64,000 nt of DNA from the human T2T-CHM13v2.0 reference genome, Homo sapiens, in assembly GCF_009914755.1 (NCBI RefSeq), contig NC_060932.1; one strand, written 5' to 3'. Of this stretch, positions 26,301 through 40,100 are shown one piece after another; position 1 is the first letter of the stretch, and the number at the start of each line of letters is the position of its first letter. A program made the position numbers and the translations under genes. The notes under the pieces are model-generated. The model did not search any database, had not been told where the DNA came from, and was given only the letters and a program-made list of their open reading frames with translations.

Positions 26301-29300
26301 CCTGCCTAGGATAGCCCTAGGGGCTTCTGTGGTGGGAGAGGCCTCCTTGGAAGGCTCCCAGCATTCCCTGCGGTTACCCAGCTTTTTGCCTATGCCTGCC
26401 TCAATGTCCCACTGCATGCCTGTGGCCAGTGCATGCCGCCCTGCAGCCCCGTTTTCACTTGTGGGGGCCTTCCGCTAGAGACAGGAAATGTTCTCCATAG
26501 CCTGGGGCTTTACAGCCCACGTGGTACAGCCCTGCATCCTCCTGGGATTAGAGGCCTCCTTGGGACTCTCACACCATCCCTGCAGTCTCACCCCTTCTCC
26601 CATCTGCCTGCCTCATCATCCCGCTAAGTCTTTGCGGCCAGCAAACGCCAACCTGCCGCCCCATTTTAGCATTGGGGGCCTTTCACAAGAGACACAGACA
26701 CCGTGCTCGAAAGCCAAGAAATTTACTGCCCGACCAGGACAGCCCTGGGGACTTCTTGGATGAGAGAAGCCGCACTGGGAGGCTCCCAGCATTCCATCTG
26801 GTCTTGCTGCTTCTCCCCTCTGCCTGCCTCAAAGTCCCACTGAGTACGTGTCACCTGCCCACGTCACCCGGCTGTTCTGTTTTTGCTTGTGGGGACCTTC
26901 CACAAGAGACATAGGCACCCTGCTCCAAAGTCTGGGGAATTACAGCCTGCCTAGGACAGCCCAGAGGACTTCTGGAATGGAAGAGAATTTTTGGCGAGGC
27001 TCCCGGCATTCCTGCATTCTCTCCACTTCTCCCCTCTGCCTGCCTCAATGTCCCCCTGAGTCCCTGTGGCCAGCCCACGCCACCCTGTGGCCCCCATTTT
27101 GCTTGTGGAGACCTTCCGTGAGAGACACACGCAATCTGAATCAAAGCCTGGGGCTTTACAGCCCGACCGGGACAGCCCTGTGGCCTTCTGGGATGGAAGA
27201 GGCCTCCTTGAAAGGCTCCCAGCATTCCCTGCAGTCTTGCCGCTTCTCTCTTCTGCCTGCCTTAATGTCCCCCTGAGTCCCTATGTCCTGCCCATGCCAC
27301 CCTGCAGCCCTGCGGCCCCATTTTGCTGTTTGAGCCTTCCGCAAAAGACACAGTCACCCTGCTCCAAGGCCTGAGAATTTACAGCATGCCTGGGACAGCC
27401 CTGGGGGCTTCTGGGATGGGAGAGGCCTCCTTGTGAGGCTCCCAACATTTCCTGTGATCTCCCCACTTTTCTGCTCATCCTGCCTCAATGTCCCCCAGTC
27501 CTTGTGGACCATTCATGGCACCGTACTGCCCCGATTTTGCTTGTGGGGGCCTTCCGTGAGAGACACAGTCACCGTGCTCCATACCCTGGGGCTTTACAGC
27601 CCACTTGAGACAACCCTGGGGGCTCCTGGGATGAGAGAGGCCTCCTTGGGAGGCTTACAGCATTCCCTGCCTTCTTGCTGCTTCTTTCATCTGCCTGCCT
27701 CAAAGTCCCCCTGTGTCCTTATTGCCAGCATATGTCACACTGCGGGGCCTTCCGTGAGAGGCAAAGACACCCTGCTCAAAAGTCGAATGTACAGCTTGAC
27801 CAGACAGCCCTGGGTGCTTCATGGATGGGAGAAGCCTCGTGAAGCCCACCTGGGATAGCCCAGGGGACTTCTGGAAGGGGAGAGGCCTTTTTGGGAGGCT
27901 CCCAGCATTGCCTGTGGTCTCACTGCTTCTCCCCTCTGCCTGCCTCAACATCCCTTTGTGTTGCTGCTGGCCGTCCACGTTACCCTGTGGCCCCATTTTT
28001 GCTTGTGGGGGCTTTCTGCCGGAGACACAGACACACTGCTCCAAAGCCTGGGTATTGACAACCCACGCAGGACAGCCCTGGGGGCTTTTGGGATGGTGGG
28101 GGCTTCCTTGGGAAGATCCGAGCATTCCTTACAGTCTTGTCATTCTTCCCTTCTGCCTGCCACAACGTGCTCCTGAGCCACAGCAGACAGCCCACTTTAC
28201 CTTGTGTCCTCGTTTTTGCTTGTGTGGGCCTTCCGTGAGAGACACAGGCACCCTGCTCCAAATCCTGGAGCTTTACAGCCTGCGCGGTACTGCCGTGGGT
28301 TCTTCTGAGATGGGAAAGGCCTCCTTGGAAGGCTCCCAGCATTTCCTGCGGTCTCTCCCCTTCTCTACTCTGCCTGCCTCAACATCCCCCTGAGGCCCTG
28401 AGGCCCGCCCATGTCAACTTGCTGTCCCATTTTCACTTGTGGGGGCCTTATGTGAGATACACAGGCACCCTGCCTCAAGACTGGGGCTTTATAGCCCACC
28501 CGGGAGAGCTCTAGGAGCTTCTGGAATGGGAGAGGCCTCCTTTGGAGACTCCCAGCATTCCCCGTGTCTTGCCGCTTCTCCCCTCTGCCTGCCTCAACAT
28601 CCCCCTGGGTTCTGCATCCTACTAATGCCGCCCTATTGTCCTGAGTTTGCTTGTAGTGGCCTTTTGCAAGAGACACATCCGCCCTACTTTAAAACCTGGG
28701 GTTTTACAGCCCGCCCGGGACAGCTCTGGGGGCTTCTGGGATGTGAGAGACATCCTTGGGAGGCTCCCAGCATTCCCTGCGGTCTCACTACTTCTCCCCT
28801 CTGCCTGCCTCATCATCCTTCTGAGTCCCTGTGGCCTCCCCATGACACCCTGTGACACAAGCCTTTTTTGCTTGTGGGGGCCTTACACTGGAGACACACG
28901 TACACTGATTTAAAGCCTGGGGCTTTACAGCCCCCCTGAAACAAACCTGGGGGATTCTGGGATGGGATAGTCATCCTTGGGAGGCTCCCAACATTCCCTG
29001 TTGTCTCACTGCTTCTCCCTTTTGCCTGCCTCATTGTCCACCTGAGTCCCTATGGCCCGACCACACCACCCTGCCACTCTGTTTTCACTTGTGGGGACCT
29101 TCCACGAGAGACCCTTCCACCCTGCTCCAAAGCCAGGGGCTTTACAGCCTTCCCTGGACTGCCCTGGGGGATTCTGAGATGGAATAAGCTTACTTGGGAG
29201 GATTTCAGCATCCCCTGTGTTCCCGCCGCTTCTCCCCTCTGTCTGCCTTAACGTCTTCCTGAATCCCTGTGGTCTGCCTACGCCACCCTGTGACCCCGTT

Positions 29301-29360
29301 TTTGCTTGGGGGGCCTTCCGTGAGAGACACAAGCACCCTGCTCCAAAGCCTGTGGCTTTT
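5377..29360 (+). repeat. Gamma satellite (GSATII-like) array, about 110 diverged monomers
   Basis: Continuous head-to-tail ~216-217 bp monomers with the same consensus as 1-1887. There are many CpG-type transitions and scattered partial-monomer deletions and duplications. Confidence 0.92.
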
Positions 29361-29369
29361 TAGATCACT

Positions 29370-31186
29370 GAATTTCTCCCCAAGTAATTCTGAAAAAAGA
29401 GAGGCCCCCTTGGCGGGACTCAGAACCTACTCAGGCCTCCTCACTTTCCCATCTACCTGCCTCAAAGTCTCCCCCTGAGTTTTTGCCCGCCTACACATGC
29501 CTGCCTGTGACCCCACTGCCACTAGTCGAGGCATTCCACGAGAGACACAGGCACCCTGGGCCACAGTCCAGGGCTATAGCCTTCACCTGGGTACTGGGAA
29601 GAAAGAGGCCTCCCTGGGCCAGAGTCCAGGGCTTTAGCCGTCACCTGGGTTCTGGGAAGAAAGGCCTCCCTGGGAAAGCCGAGCACCCACTGAGGCCTCT
29701 CCACTTCTCCCCTCTGTCTTCCTTAATTGGCCCCTGAGTTTCTGCCTGGTCTCCCAGGCCTGCCTGTGGCTCAGCTGCCGCCCACTGGGGCCCTCTGCAT
29801 GAGACACAGACACCCTGGGCTGGAACTCATTGCTCTAGCCTCTTCATGGGGGGCACCCCAGGGCTTCTGGCAAGTGAGTGGCCTTCCTGGGAAGACCCAG
29901 CACCCGTTTAGGCCTCTCAGCTTCTCCCCTCTTCCTGCCTCAACATCCCCTTGAGTGTCTTCCTGTTAGTAGAGGCTCACCTGTGGCCCCACCTTCACTT
30001 GCGCAGGCCTTCCGCGAGAGACACAGGCACCCTGGGTTGGAGTTTGGGGCTGTAGCCCTCACCTGGGGGTTGCCCCTCATGCTTCTGGGAAGGGAGAGTT
30101 CTCCCTGAGAAAACCCAGCACCTTCTCAGGCCTTGCTGCTTCTCCTCTTTGCCTGCCAAAACTTCCCCCTGAGTTTCTGCTTACCTCTACAGGCCCACCT
30201 GCGGCCCTGTCGCTGCCCATTGGGGCCCTTCATGAGAGACACATGCACACTGGATCGGAACCTGGGGCTATAGCCCCTACCTGAAAGGCAACCCAGGGGC
30301 TTCTGGGAAGGGAGAGGGATTCCTGGGGAAACCCAGCACCCATTGAGTCCTTGCTGCTTCTCCTGTCTTCTTGCCTCAACATTCCCCTGAATTTTTGTCT
30401 GCCTGCACAGGCTAACCTGTGGCCAGATTCCGGGATTCCAACCCCCACCCGGGGGTCACCCCAGGGGCTTCTGGAAACAGAGAGGCTTCCCTGGGATGAT
30501 ACAGCACCCACTCAGGACTTGCTGGTTCTTCCATCTGCTGGCCTCTGTGTCCCCCTGAGTTTCTGCCCGCCTGCACAGGCTTGCCTGTGGCTTTGAGGCC
30601 ACCCGTGAGGGCCATCCATGAGAGACACAGTCACCCTGGGCCATAGTCCAGTGCTCTAGGTCACACCTGGGGGCTTCCGGTGAGGGAGAGGCCTAGCTGA
30701 CAGGACCGTGCACCTGCTCAGGTCTTGCCACTTCTCCCTGCTGCCTGCCTCACTGTCCCCCTGAGTTTCTGCCCACTACCACAGGCCTGACTGTGGCCCC
30801 ATTGCTGCCTGTGGAAGCCCATTGTGAGAGATACTGGCACCCTAGACTGGAGTCAGGAGCTCTAGCCCCCACCTGAGGGGCTCCCGGGGGTTTCTGAGAA
30901 AAAAAGAGTCCTCCCTGGGATGATACAGCACCTGCTCAGGCCGTGCTGCTTCTCCCTTCTGCCTGCCTCAACATCACTTTGAGTTTATGCTGGCCCACAA
31001 AGGCCCACCTGTGGCCCCATCGCTGCCCTTGGGGGAACTTCTTTGAGAGACACAGTCAACCTGGGCTGGAGTCCCGGGCTCTAGCTGCCACCAGGAGGCT
31101 GTCCCAGGGGTTTCTGTGAAGGGAGATGCTTCCCTGGGGGGACCCAGAACACACTAAGGCCTAGCCTCTTCTTTCCTCTGCCTGCC
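29370..31186 (+). repeat. Distinct gamma-satellite subfamily (GSAT/GSATX-like), ~218 bp monomers
   Basis: Diagnostic motifs change abruptly: caccctgggctggagtcc...tagccctcacctggggg...ctgggaagggagag...cccagcaccc...ctcaggcc. gagacac recurs at 29801, 30018 and 30236 (217-218 bp). GSAT versus GSATX is not resolved. Confidence 0.78.
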
Positions 31187-34100
31187 GCTTTTGTGAAATA
31201 TCCCTTAACAGAATCCACAAAAAAAAGCGTATCCAACCTGCTGAATCAAAAGAAAGGTTTAACTCTGTGAGCTGAATCTGCACATAACAAAGCAGAATCA
31301 CAGATAACTTCTTTCTAGTTTTTGTAGCGGGATATTTGGTTTTTCACTATAGGTTTCAATGGGCTCTGAAATGTCTCTTTGCAGATTCTACAAAAAGAGT
31401 TTTTCCAACCTGTTGAATCAAAAGAAAGGTTTAACTCTGTGAGCTGAATCAACACATCAAAAGCAGTTTCAAAGATAGCTTCTTTCTAGTTTTTATTGCG
31501 GGATATTTGGTTTTTCTCTATAGGACTGAAGTGGGCTGCAAAATGGCATTTCACAGACTCTACAAAAAGAGTGTTTCCAACCTGCTGAATCAAAAGACAG
31601 GTTTAACTATGTGAACTGAATGCACACATCACAAAGCAGTTTCACAGGTAGTTTCTTTGTAGTTTGCATCAGGGGATATTCAGTTTTACACTGTAGTCAT
31701 CTTTGGCCCCTGAAATGCCCCTTTGCAGATTCTACAAAAAGAGTTTTTCCAACCTGTTGAATCAAAAGAAAGGTTTATCTCTTTGACCTGAATCCACATA
31801 TCACAAAGCAGTTTCACAGATATAGCTTCTTTAAGGTTTTTATCATGGGATATTCACTTTTTCACTATAGGCCTCAGAAAGCTCTGAAATGTCCCTTTGC
31901 ATATACCACAAAAAGTGTGTTTACTAAACCAGAAAATCAAAAGGAAAGTTTAACTTTGTGAGCTGAATCCATACATCACAAAGCAGTTTCAGATGGGTTC
32001 TTTCTGCTTTTCATCATAGCCCTCAGTGGGCTTCGAAATGTCTATTCACAGACTCTAAAAAAAAGTGTTTTCAGCCTGCTAATCAAAAGAAATGTACAAG
32101 TTTGTGAGCTGAGTCCACACATCACAGGTAGATTCTTCCTAGTTGTTTTCATTGGATATTTGGTTTTTCACTATAGGCCTCAGTGGCCTTCAAAGTGTCC
32201 CTTCGCAGATTTGAAAATAAGACTGTTTCCAACCTGCTGAATGAAAAGAAAGGTTTAACTCTGTGTGCTGAATCCACACATCACTAATCAATTTCACAGA
32301 TAGCTTCTTTTTAGTTTTTATCACGGGATATTCTATTTTTCAACATAGTACTCAGTGGACTTTGAAATGCCTCTTTGCAGCTTCTACAAAAAGAGTGTTT
32401 CCAACCTGCTAAATAAAAAAAAAAAAAAGATTTACCTCTGTGAGCTGAATCCATACAGGACAAAGCAGTTTAACAGATAGGCTCTATCTAGTTTTTATCA
32501 TAAGATATTCAAGTTTTCGATATAGGACATAGTAGGCTGCAAAATGTCCCTTTACAGATTCTACAAAAAGAGTGTTTACAACCTGCTGAATCAAAAGGCA
32601 GGTTTAACTCTGAGAGTTGAACCCAGACCTCTCAAAGCAGTGTTACAGATAGCTTCTTTCTGGTTTTTATAATAGGATTTTTTGTTTTTATCTATAGGTC
32701 TTGGCGGGCTAAGAAATGTTCCTTCACAGATCCTACAAAAGTAGTATTTCCAACATGCTGAATGAAAAGAAAGGTTTAACTCTGTGAACTGAATGCAAAC
32801 ATCACAAAGTTTCACAGATAGCTTCTTTCTAATTTTAATTATGAGCTTTTCAGTTTTTCACTGTAGGACTGTTTGCTCTGAAATGTCAATATGCTAATTC
32901 TAAAGAAAGAGTGTTTACAACCTGCTGAATGAAAAGAATGGGTTAATTCTGTTAGCTGAGCCCACACATCACAAAGCAGCTTCACACATAGCTTCCTTCT
33001 AGTTTTAATCGCAGGGTATTCAGTTTTCACTATAGGCCTCAGTGGGCTCTGAAATGTCCCTTCCCAGATTATTCAAAAAGAATGTTTACAACCTGCTTAA
33101 CCAAAATAAAGGTTAACTCTGTGAGTTGAATCCACATATCACAAAGCAGTTTCACAGTAGTTTCTTCAAAGTTTTTATCATGGGATATCCATTTATTTAC
33201 TATAGGCCTCAGGGAGCTCTGAAATGTCCCTTCACATATTCTACAAAAAGTGTGTTTCCAATCTGGAGAATCAAAAGAAAGGTTTAACTTTGTGAGCTGA
33301 ATCCACACATCACAAAGCAGTTTCACAGATAGCTTCTTTCTACTGTTTATCTTGAAATATTCAGATTTTCAACATAGCCCTCAGTGGGCTTCAAAATGTC
33401 TTTTTGCAGATTCTAAGAAAATAATGTTCCACTCTGCTAAATAAAAAAAAAAAATACAAATTTGTCAGCTGAATCCACACATCACAAAGTAGTTTCACAG
33501 ATAGCTTCTTTCAAGTTTTTTTTTTCCACAGGATATTCAGGTTTTCACTACAGGCCTCAGTGCCCTGTGAAGTGTCCCTTTGCAAATTCGAAAACAAGAG
33601 TGTTTACAACCTGCTGAATGAGAAGAAATATTTAAGTCTGTGAGCTGATTGCACACATCAAAAAGAAGTTTCACAGATAGCTACTTTCTAGTTTTTATTG
33701 TGGGATATTCCATTTTCCATATAGCCCTCAGTGGACTTTGAAATATCTTGTTGCAGCTTTTACAAAAAGAGTGTTTACAACCTGCTAAATACAAAGAAAG
33801 TTGTACCTCTGTGAGCTAAATCCACACATTACAAAGCAGTTTAACAGACAGTTTTGGTCTGGTTTTTGTCACGGGATTTTCAGTTTTTCACTATAGGACT
33901 CAGAGGGATTTGAATTGTCCCTTTGCAGATTCTGCAGAAAGAGTGTTTACAACCTGCTGAATTGAAAGATAGGTTTACCTCTGTGAGTTGAACCTGCACC
34001 TGACAAAGCAGTTCCATAGATAGCTTCTTTCTAGTTTTTATCACAAGATTTTCAGTTTTTAACTGTAGACCTCTTTGTGCTAAGAAATATCCATTCACAG

Positions 34101-37100
34101 ATTGCACAAAGAGACTGTTTCCATCCTGCTGAATCAAAAGAAAAGTTTAACACTGTGAACTGAATGCACACATCACAAGTTTTCACAGATAGGTTCTTTC
34201 CAGTTTTTATCATGGGATTTTTTGTTTTTTCACTATAGGACTCAGTTTGCTCCAAAATGTAAATTTGCAGATTTTACAAAAGGTGTGTTTACAACCTGCT
34301 AAATCAAAAGAAAGGTTTAACTCTGTTAGGTAAACCCACAAACCACAAAGTAGTTTTAGAGACAGCTTCCTTCTAGTTTTTACTGCGGGGTATTTTGTTT
34401 TCACTGTAGGCCTCTGTGGGCTCCAAAATATTCCTTCCCAGATTCTACAAAAAGAGTTTTTACAAGTTGCTGAGTCAAAAGAAAGGTTTAACTCTGTAAG
34501 TTGAATCTACACCTCACAAAGCAGTTTCACAGATAGCTTCTTTCTAGTTTTATCATGGGATATTCGTTTTTTCACTATACTCCTTAGTGGGCTCTGAAAT
34601 GTCCCTTCCAAGATACTAAGAGGGTTTCCAACCTACTGAATCAAAAGAAAGGTTTAGCTCTGTGACCTGAATCCACTGATCACTAAGCAGTTTCACATAT
34701 AGCTTCTTTCTAGTTTTTATCATGGGGTATTTTGTCTTTTACTATAGGCCGCAGATGGCTCCAAATGTCCCTTGGAAGATTCTACAAAAAACAGTGTTTA
34801 CAATCTACTGAATCAAAAAAAAAAAAAAGTTTAGCTTTGTGTGCACGATCTACACATTATAAAGCAGTTTTACAGATAAATTCTTTCTACTTTTTATTGT
34901 GACATATTCCGTTTTTCACTAAAGGCCTCAGTCGGCTCTGAAATGCATACTCACAGATTCCACTAAAAGAGTGATTCAACCTGCTGAATCAAAAACAATG
35001 TAACTCTGTGAACTGAATCCAAATATCACAAAACTGTTTAACAGATAGTTTCTTTCCAGTTATTATCACGGGATGTTCTGTTTTTCACTAAAGGTGTCAG
35101 TGTTCTCCAAAATGTCTATTCGCAGATTCTACAAATAAAGTGTTTCAAGCTGCTGAATCAAAAGAAAGTTTTAACTCTGTGAAATGAATTCACACATCAC
35201 AAAGCAGTTTCACAGATAGCTTCCTTCTAGTTTATATCACGGGATATTCTGTTTTTCACTATAGGCTTCAAACGTCTCCAAAATGTCCCCTCGCAGATTC
35301 TACCGGTAGAGTGTTTCTAATCTACTGAATCCAAAGACAGGTTTAACTCTGTTCGCTGAATGCACACATCAGGAAGCAGTTTCACAGAGAGCTTCCTTCT
35401 AGTTTTTATGATGGCATATTCAGTTTTTACTACAGGTCTCAGTGGGCTCCAAAGCAGTTTCTGTAAAAAAAGCTCTTCCAACCTTCTGAACAAAAGAAAG
35501 ATTTAACTCTTTGAACTGTACAATCACATCACAGGGGAGTTTTGCAAATAGCTTCTTTCTAGTTTATATCACAAGATATTCTGTTTTCACTATAGGTTTC
35601 AGTAGGCTCAGAAATGTCCATTCACAGATTCTACAAAAAGAGTGTTTCTAATGTGCTGAATCTAAAGAAAAGTTTTTCTGTGAGCAGAACTTACACATCA
35701 CAAGGCAGTTTCAAGATAGCTTCTTTCTATTAATTATAGCAGAATATTCAGTTTTTCACTATTAGGCCAAATAGAGTTCTGAAATGTACCTTTGCAGATA
35801 CTGTCAGAAGAGGGTTTCCAACCTGCTGAATCAAAAGAAAGATTTAACTCTACGAGCTGAATCCACACATAACAAAGCAGTTTCACAGATAGCTTCATTC
35901 TAGTTTTTATTGCAGGGTATTCAGGTTTTCTGTATAGGCTCCAGTGCACTCTGAAATCTTCCTTTGCTGATTTTACAAAAAGAGTGTTTTCAACCTGGTA
36001 CATCAAAAGAAAGTTTTAACACTGTCAAGTGAATGTACACATCCCAAAACAGTTTCAAAATTAGCTTCTTTCTGTTTTTTTGTTTTTAAATGGATATGTG
36101 GTTTCTCCTTATAGGCCTCAGTCAGATGCAAAATGTCCTTTTGCAGATTCTACAAAGAGAGTGTTTCCAAACTCCTTAATCAGGAGAAAGGTTTAACTCA
36201 CTGAGTTGAAAGCACACATCACAAAGCGGTTTCACAGAAAGTTTCTTTATAATTTTTATAGTGGGATAATATGTTTTCCACTATAGGCCTCAGTTTACTC
36301 TGAAATGTCCATTGGCAGAGTCTACAAAAACTTTGTTTTCAACTTGCTGAATCAAAAAGAAGTTCTAACTTTGTTAGCTTAATACACACATCCCAAATCA
36401 GCTTCACAGATAGTTTCTTTCTAGTTTTATGATGGTATATTCAGTTTTTCACTATAGTACTCAGCTTGCTCTGAAATGCCCTTTACCAGATTCTACAAAA
36501 AAAAGAAAGAGGGTTCCCTACCTGTTGTATCAAATGATAGGTTTAACTCTGTGAGCTGAATCCACACATCTCAAAGCACTTTCACAAATAGCTTCTTTCT
36601 TGTTTCTATCACAGGATATACAGTTTTTCACTATTGGTCTCAGGGGTGTCTGAAATGTCTTTTCACAGATTTTACAAGAAGAATGTTTTCCACCTGCTGA
36701 AATGAAAGAAATTTTGAACTCTGTGAGCTAAATGCACACATCACAAAGCAGTTTCCAAGATAAATTTTTTTTTCTAGTTTTTATCACGGGATAATCAGTT
36801 TTTCACTATAGGACTCAGTAGGCTGTGAAATATAGTTTTGCAAATTCTACCAAAAGAGTGTTCTAACCTGCTGAATGAAAAGAATAGTTTAACTCTCCGA
36901 GCTGAATCCACACATCACAAAGCAGTTTCACAGGTAACTTCTTTCTAGCTTTTATCACAGAATATTTGGTTTTTCACGATAGGTGTGAGTGGGCTCTGAA
37001 ATGTCCCATCACAGACTCTACAAATAGAGTGTTTCCAATGCACTGAATCCAAAAAAAGGTTTCAATCTGTGAGGTAAATCTTCACATCACAAAACGGTTT

Positions 37101-40100
37101 CACAGATAGCTTCTTTCTCGATTTTATCATAGAATATTGTTTTTCATTACTCATCTCAGGGGGTCTGAAATGTCCACTCACACATTACATAAAAAGAGTT
37201 TTTCCCATCTGCTGAATCAAAAGAAAAATTTAACTTTGTGAGAGGAATGCACACATCACAAAGCAGTTTCACAGATAGCTTCTTTCTAGTTATCATGGGA
37301 TATTCATTTTTTCACTATTGGACTCAGTGGGCTCTGAAATGTCCCCATGTAGATGCTACAAGAAGAGTATTTTTAACCTACTAAATCAGAAGAAAGGTTT
37401 AATGTGTGAGCTGAATACACACATCACAAATCAGCTTAACTGAAGCTTCTTACTATTTTTTGTTCAAGGATATTCAGTTTTTCTTCATAGGCCTCAGTGG
37501 GTTCCAAAATATTCCATTGCAGACTCTACAAAAAGAGTAGTTCCAGCCTTCTGAATCGAGGGAAAGTTTTAATTCTGTGAGCTCAATCCAAATGTTACAA
37601 AGCAGTTTCACAGATGATAGCTTATTTCTAGTTTTTATTGTCAGATAGTCAATTTTTTATAATAGGTCTCAGTGGGCTCTGAAATGTCCCTTTGTAGCTT
37701 CTACAAAAAGAGTGTTTCCTACCTGCTGAAACAATGGAAATATTTCCAATCTGCTGAATTTAAAGAGAGGTTTAACTCTGTGAGCTGAATATACACACCA
37801 CAATGCTGTTTGAAAGATAGTTTTTCTTCATGGGATATTCAATTTTTCAATATTAACCTCTGTTTTTTTCTGAAATGTCCCTTCACAGTATCTCCTTAAA
37901 GAGTATTTCCAACTTGCTGAATGAAAAGAAAGGTTTAACTCTGTTAGCTCTATCCACACATCACAAAGCAGTTTCACAGACACCTTCTTTCTAGTTTTTA
38001 TTGAGATATTTTATCTTTCATTTTAGGGCTCAGTGGGCTTTGAAATGTCCCTTCACACTTTCTACAAAAAGAGTGTTTCCAACCTGTTGAATCAAAAGAA
38101 AAGTTATACTCTGAGCTAAATGCACACACCACAAAGAAATCTCATCAATCGCTTCTTTCTAGTTTTTTTCATGGGATGTTCAGTTTTCAATATAGGACTC
38201 AGTAGGCTGCAAAATGTCCCTTCACAGATCCTACAAAATCAGTGGTTCCAATTTACTAAATAAAATAAAAGTTTAACTCTGTTAGTTGTTTTTATGCATC
38301 AAAAAGTAATAAAACAGATAGCTTAATTCTAGTTTTTATCATGGGTTATACCATTTTTTATTATAGGTCTCAGTGAGCTCCAAAATGTAACTTCACTGAT
38401 TCTACAAAAAGAGTGTTTCCAACCTATTGAATCAAAACAAATTTTAACTCTGTGAGCTGAATCCACACATCTCTAAGCAGTTTCACAGATAGCGTCTTTC
38501 TCGTTTTAATCAAGGGATATTCAATTTTCACTGTAGGCCTCATTGGGTTCTGAAATGACCCTTCACAGATTCTAAAAAAGAGTGTTTCCAAACTGATGAA
38601 TCAAAAGAAACGTTTAACTCTGAATTTAAGAAAATTGTGAACTCTGTGAGCTGAGTGCACACATCACAAAACGGTTTCACAAATAAATTCTGTCTAGTTT
38701 TTATCATGGGATATTTGGTTATTCAGTATAGGCTTCAAAGGACTCGGAAATGTCCCTTCACATTTTCTGCAAAAAAAGGTTTCCAACCTACTTCTTCGAA
38801 GGAAACATTTAACTCTGTGAGCTGAATCCTCACATCACAAAGCAGTTTAACAGATAGTTTCTTTCTAGTTTTTATTATAAGATATTCGTTTTTTCACTAT
38901 AACCTCAATGAGCTCTGAAATATCCTTTTGGAGATTATATAAAAAGAGTGCTGCCAACATCCTGAGTCAAAAAAAGTTTTAACACAGTGAACTGAATCCA
39001 CACATCACAAACAAATTTCACAATAGCTTGTTTTAGTTTTCTCCAATATATTCAGTTTTTCACTATAGGTGTAAGTGGGCTCTGAAATAAATCTACAAAA
39101 TGATTGCTTCAACTAGCTGAATAATAAAAAAAAAGTTTTAATTCTGTGAGCTGAAACCACACATCACAAAGCAGTTTCACAGATAGATTCTTTCCAGTTT
39201 TCATTGAGGAATACTCTGCTTTTCATGTAAGAACTCAGTGAGGTCCCAAATGTTCCTTCACAGTTTCTACAAAAAGAGTGCCTTTTTATCACTATAGGCA
39301 ACATTGGGCACTGAAATGTGCCATTGCAGATTGAACAAAAAGAGTGTTTCCAACCTGCTGAATCAAAAGAAAGGTTTAAATCTGTGAGATAAATCCACAC
39401 ATCACTAAGTGGTTTCAGAGATAGCATCTTTCTAGTTTTTTAACTAGGGCTATTAATTTTTTCACTATAGGCCTCAATGGGCTCCAAAAGTCCCTTCGCA
39501 GATTCTACAAAACGAGTGTTTCCAAACTGCTGAATCAAAAGAAAGGTTTAACTTTGTGAGATGAATCCACACGTTACAAAGTAGTATTACATGTAGCTTC
39601 TTTCTAATTTTTATTTTGGGATATTCAGTTTTTCACTACAGTCCTCAATCGGCTTCAAAATGTCTCTTCACATATTCTACAAAAAGAGTGTTTTTAAACA
39701 GCAGAATCAAAACAAAGGTTTAACCCTGTGAGCTTAATCCATCCATCACAAAGTAGTTTCACAGAGAGCTTATTTTGACTTTTAATCTTGGGATATGCTG
39801 TTTTTCACTATCAGCTTCAGTCGGCTATGAAATGTCTTTTCGCAGATTCAACAAAAAAAGTGTTTTCACCCTGCTGGAAAAAAAGAAAGCTTTAAATCTG
39901 TGAGCTGAGTGTACAATTCATAAAGCAGTTTCACAGATATCATCTTTCTTGTTTTTATTGTGAGATATTCAGTTTTTCACTATAGGCCACAGATTTTATC
40001 AAAAGAGTGTCTCCAACCAGCTAAATCAAAATAAACGTTTAACTCTGTGAGCTGAATTCACACACCACAAAGCAATTTCACAAACAGATTCTTTTTAGTT

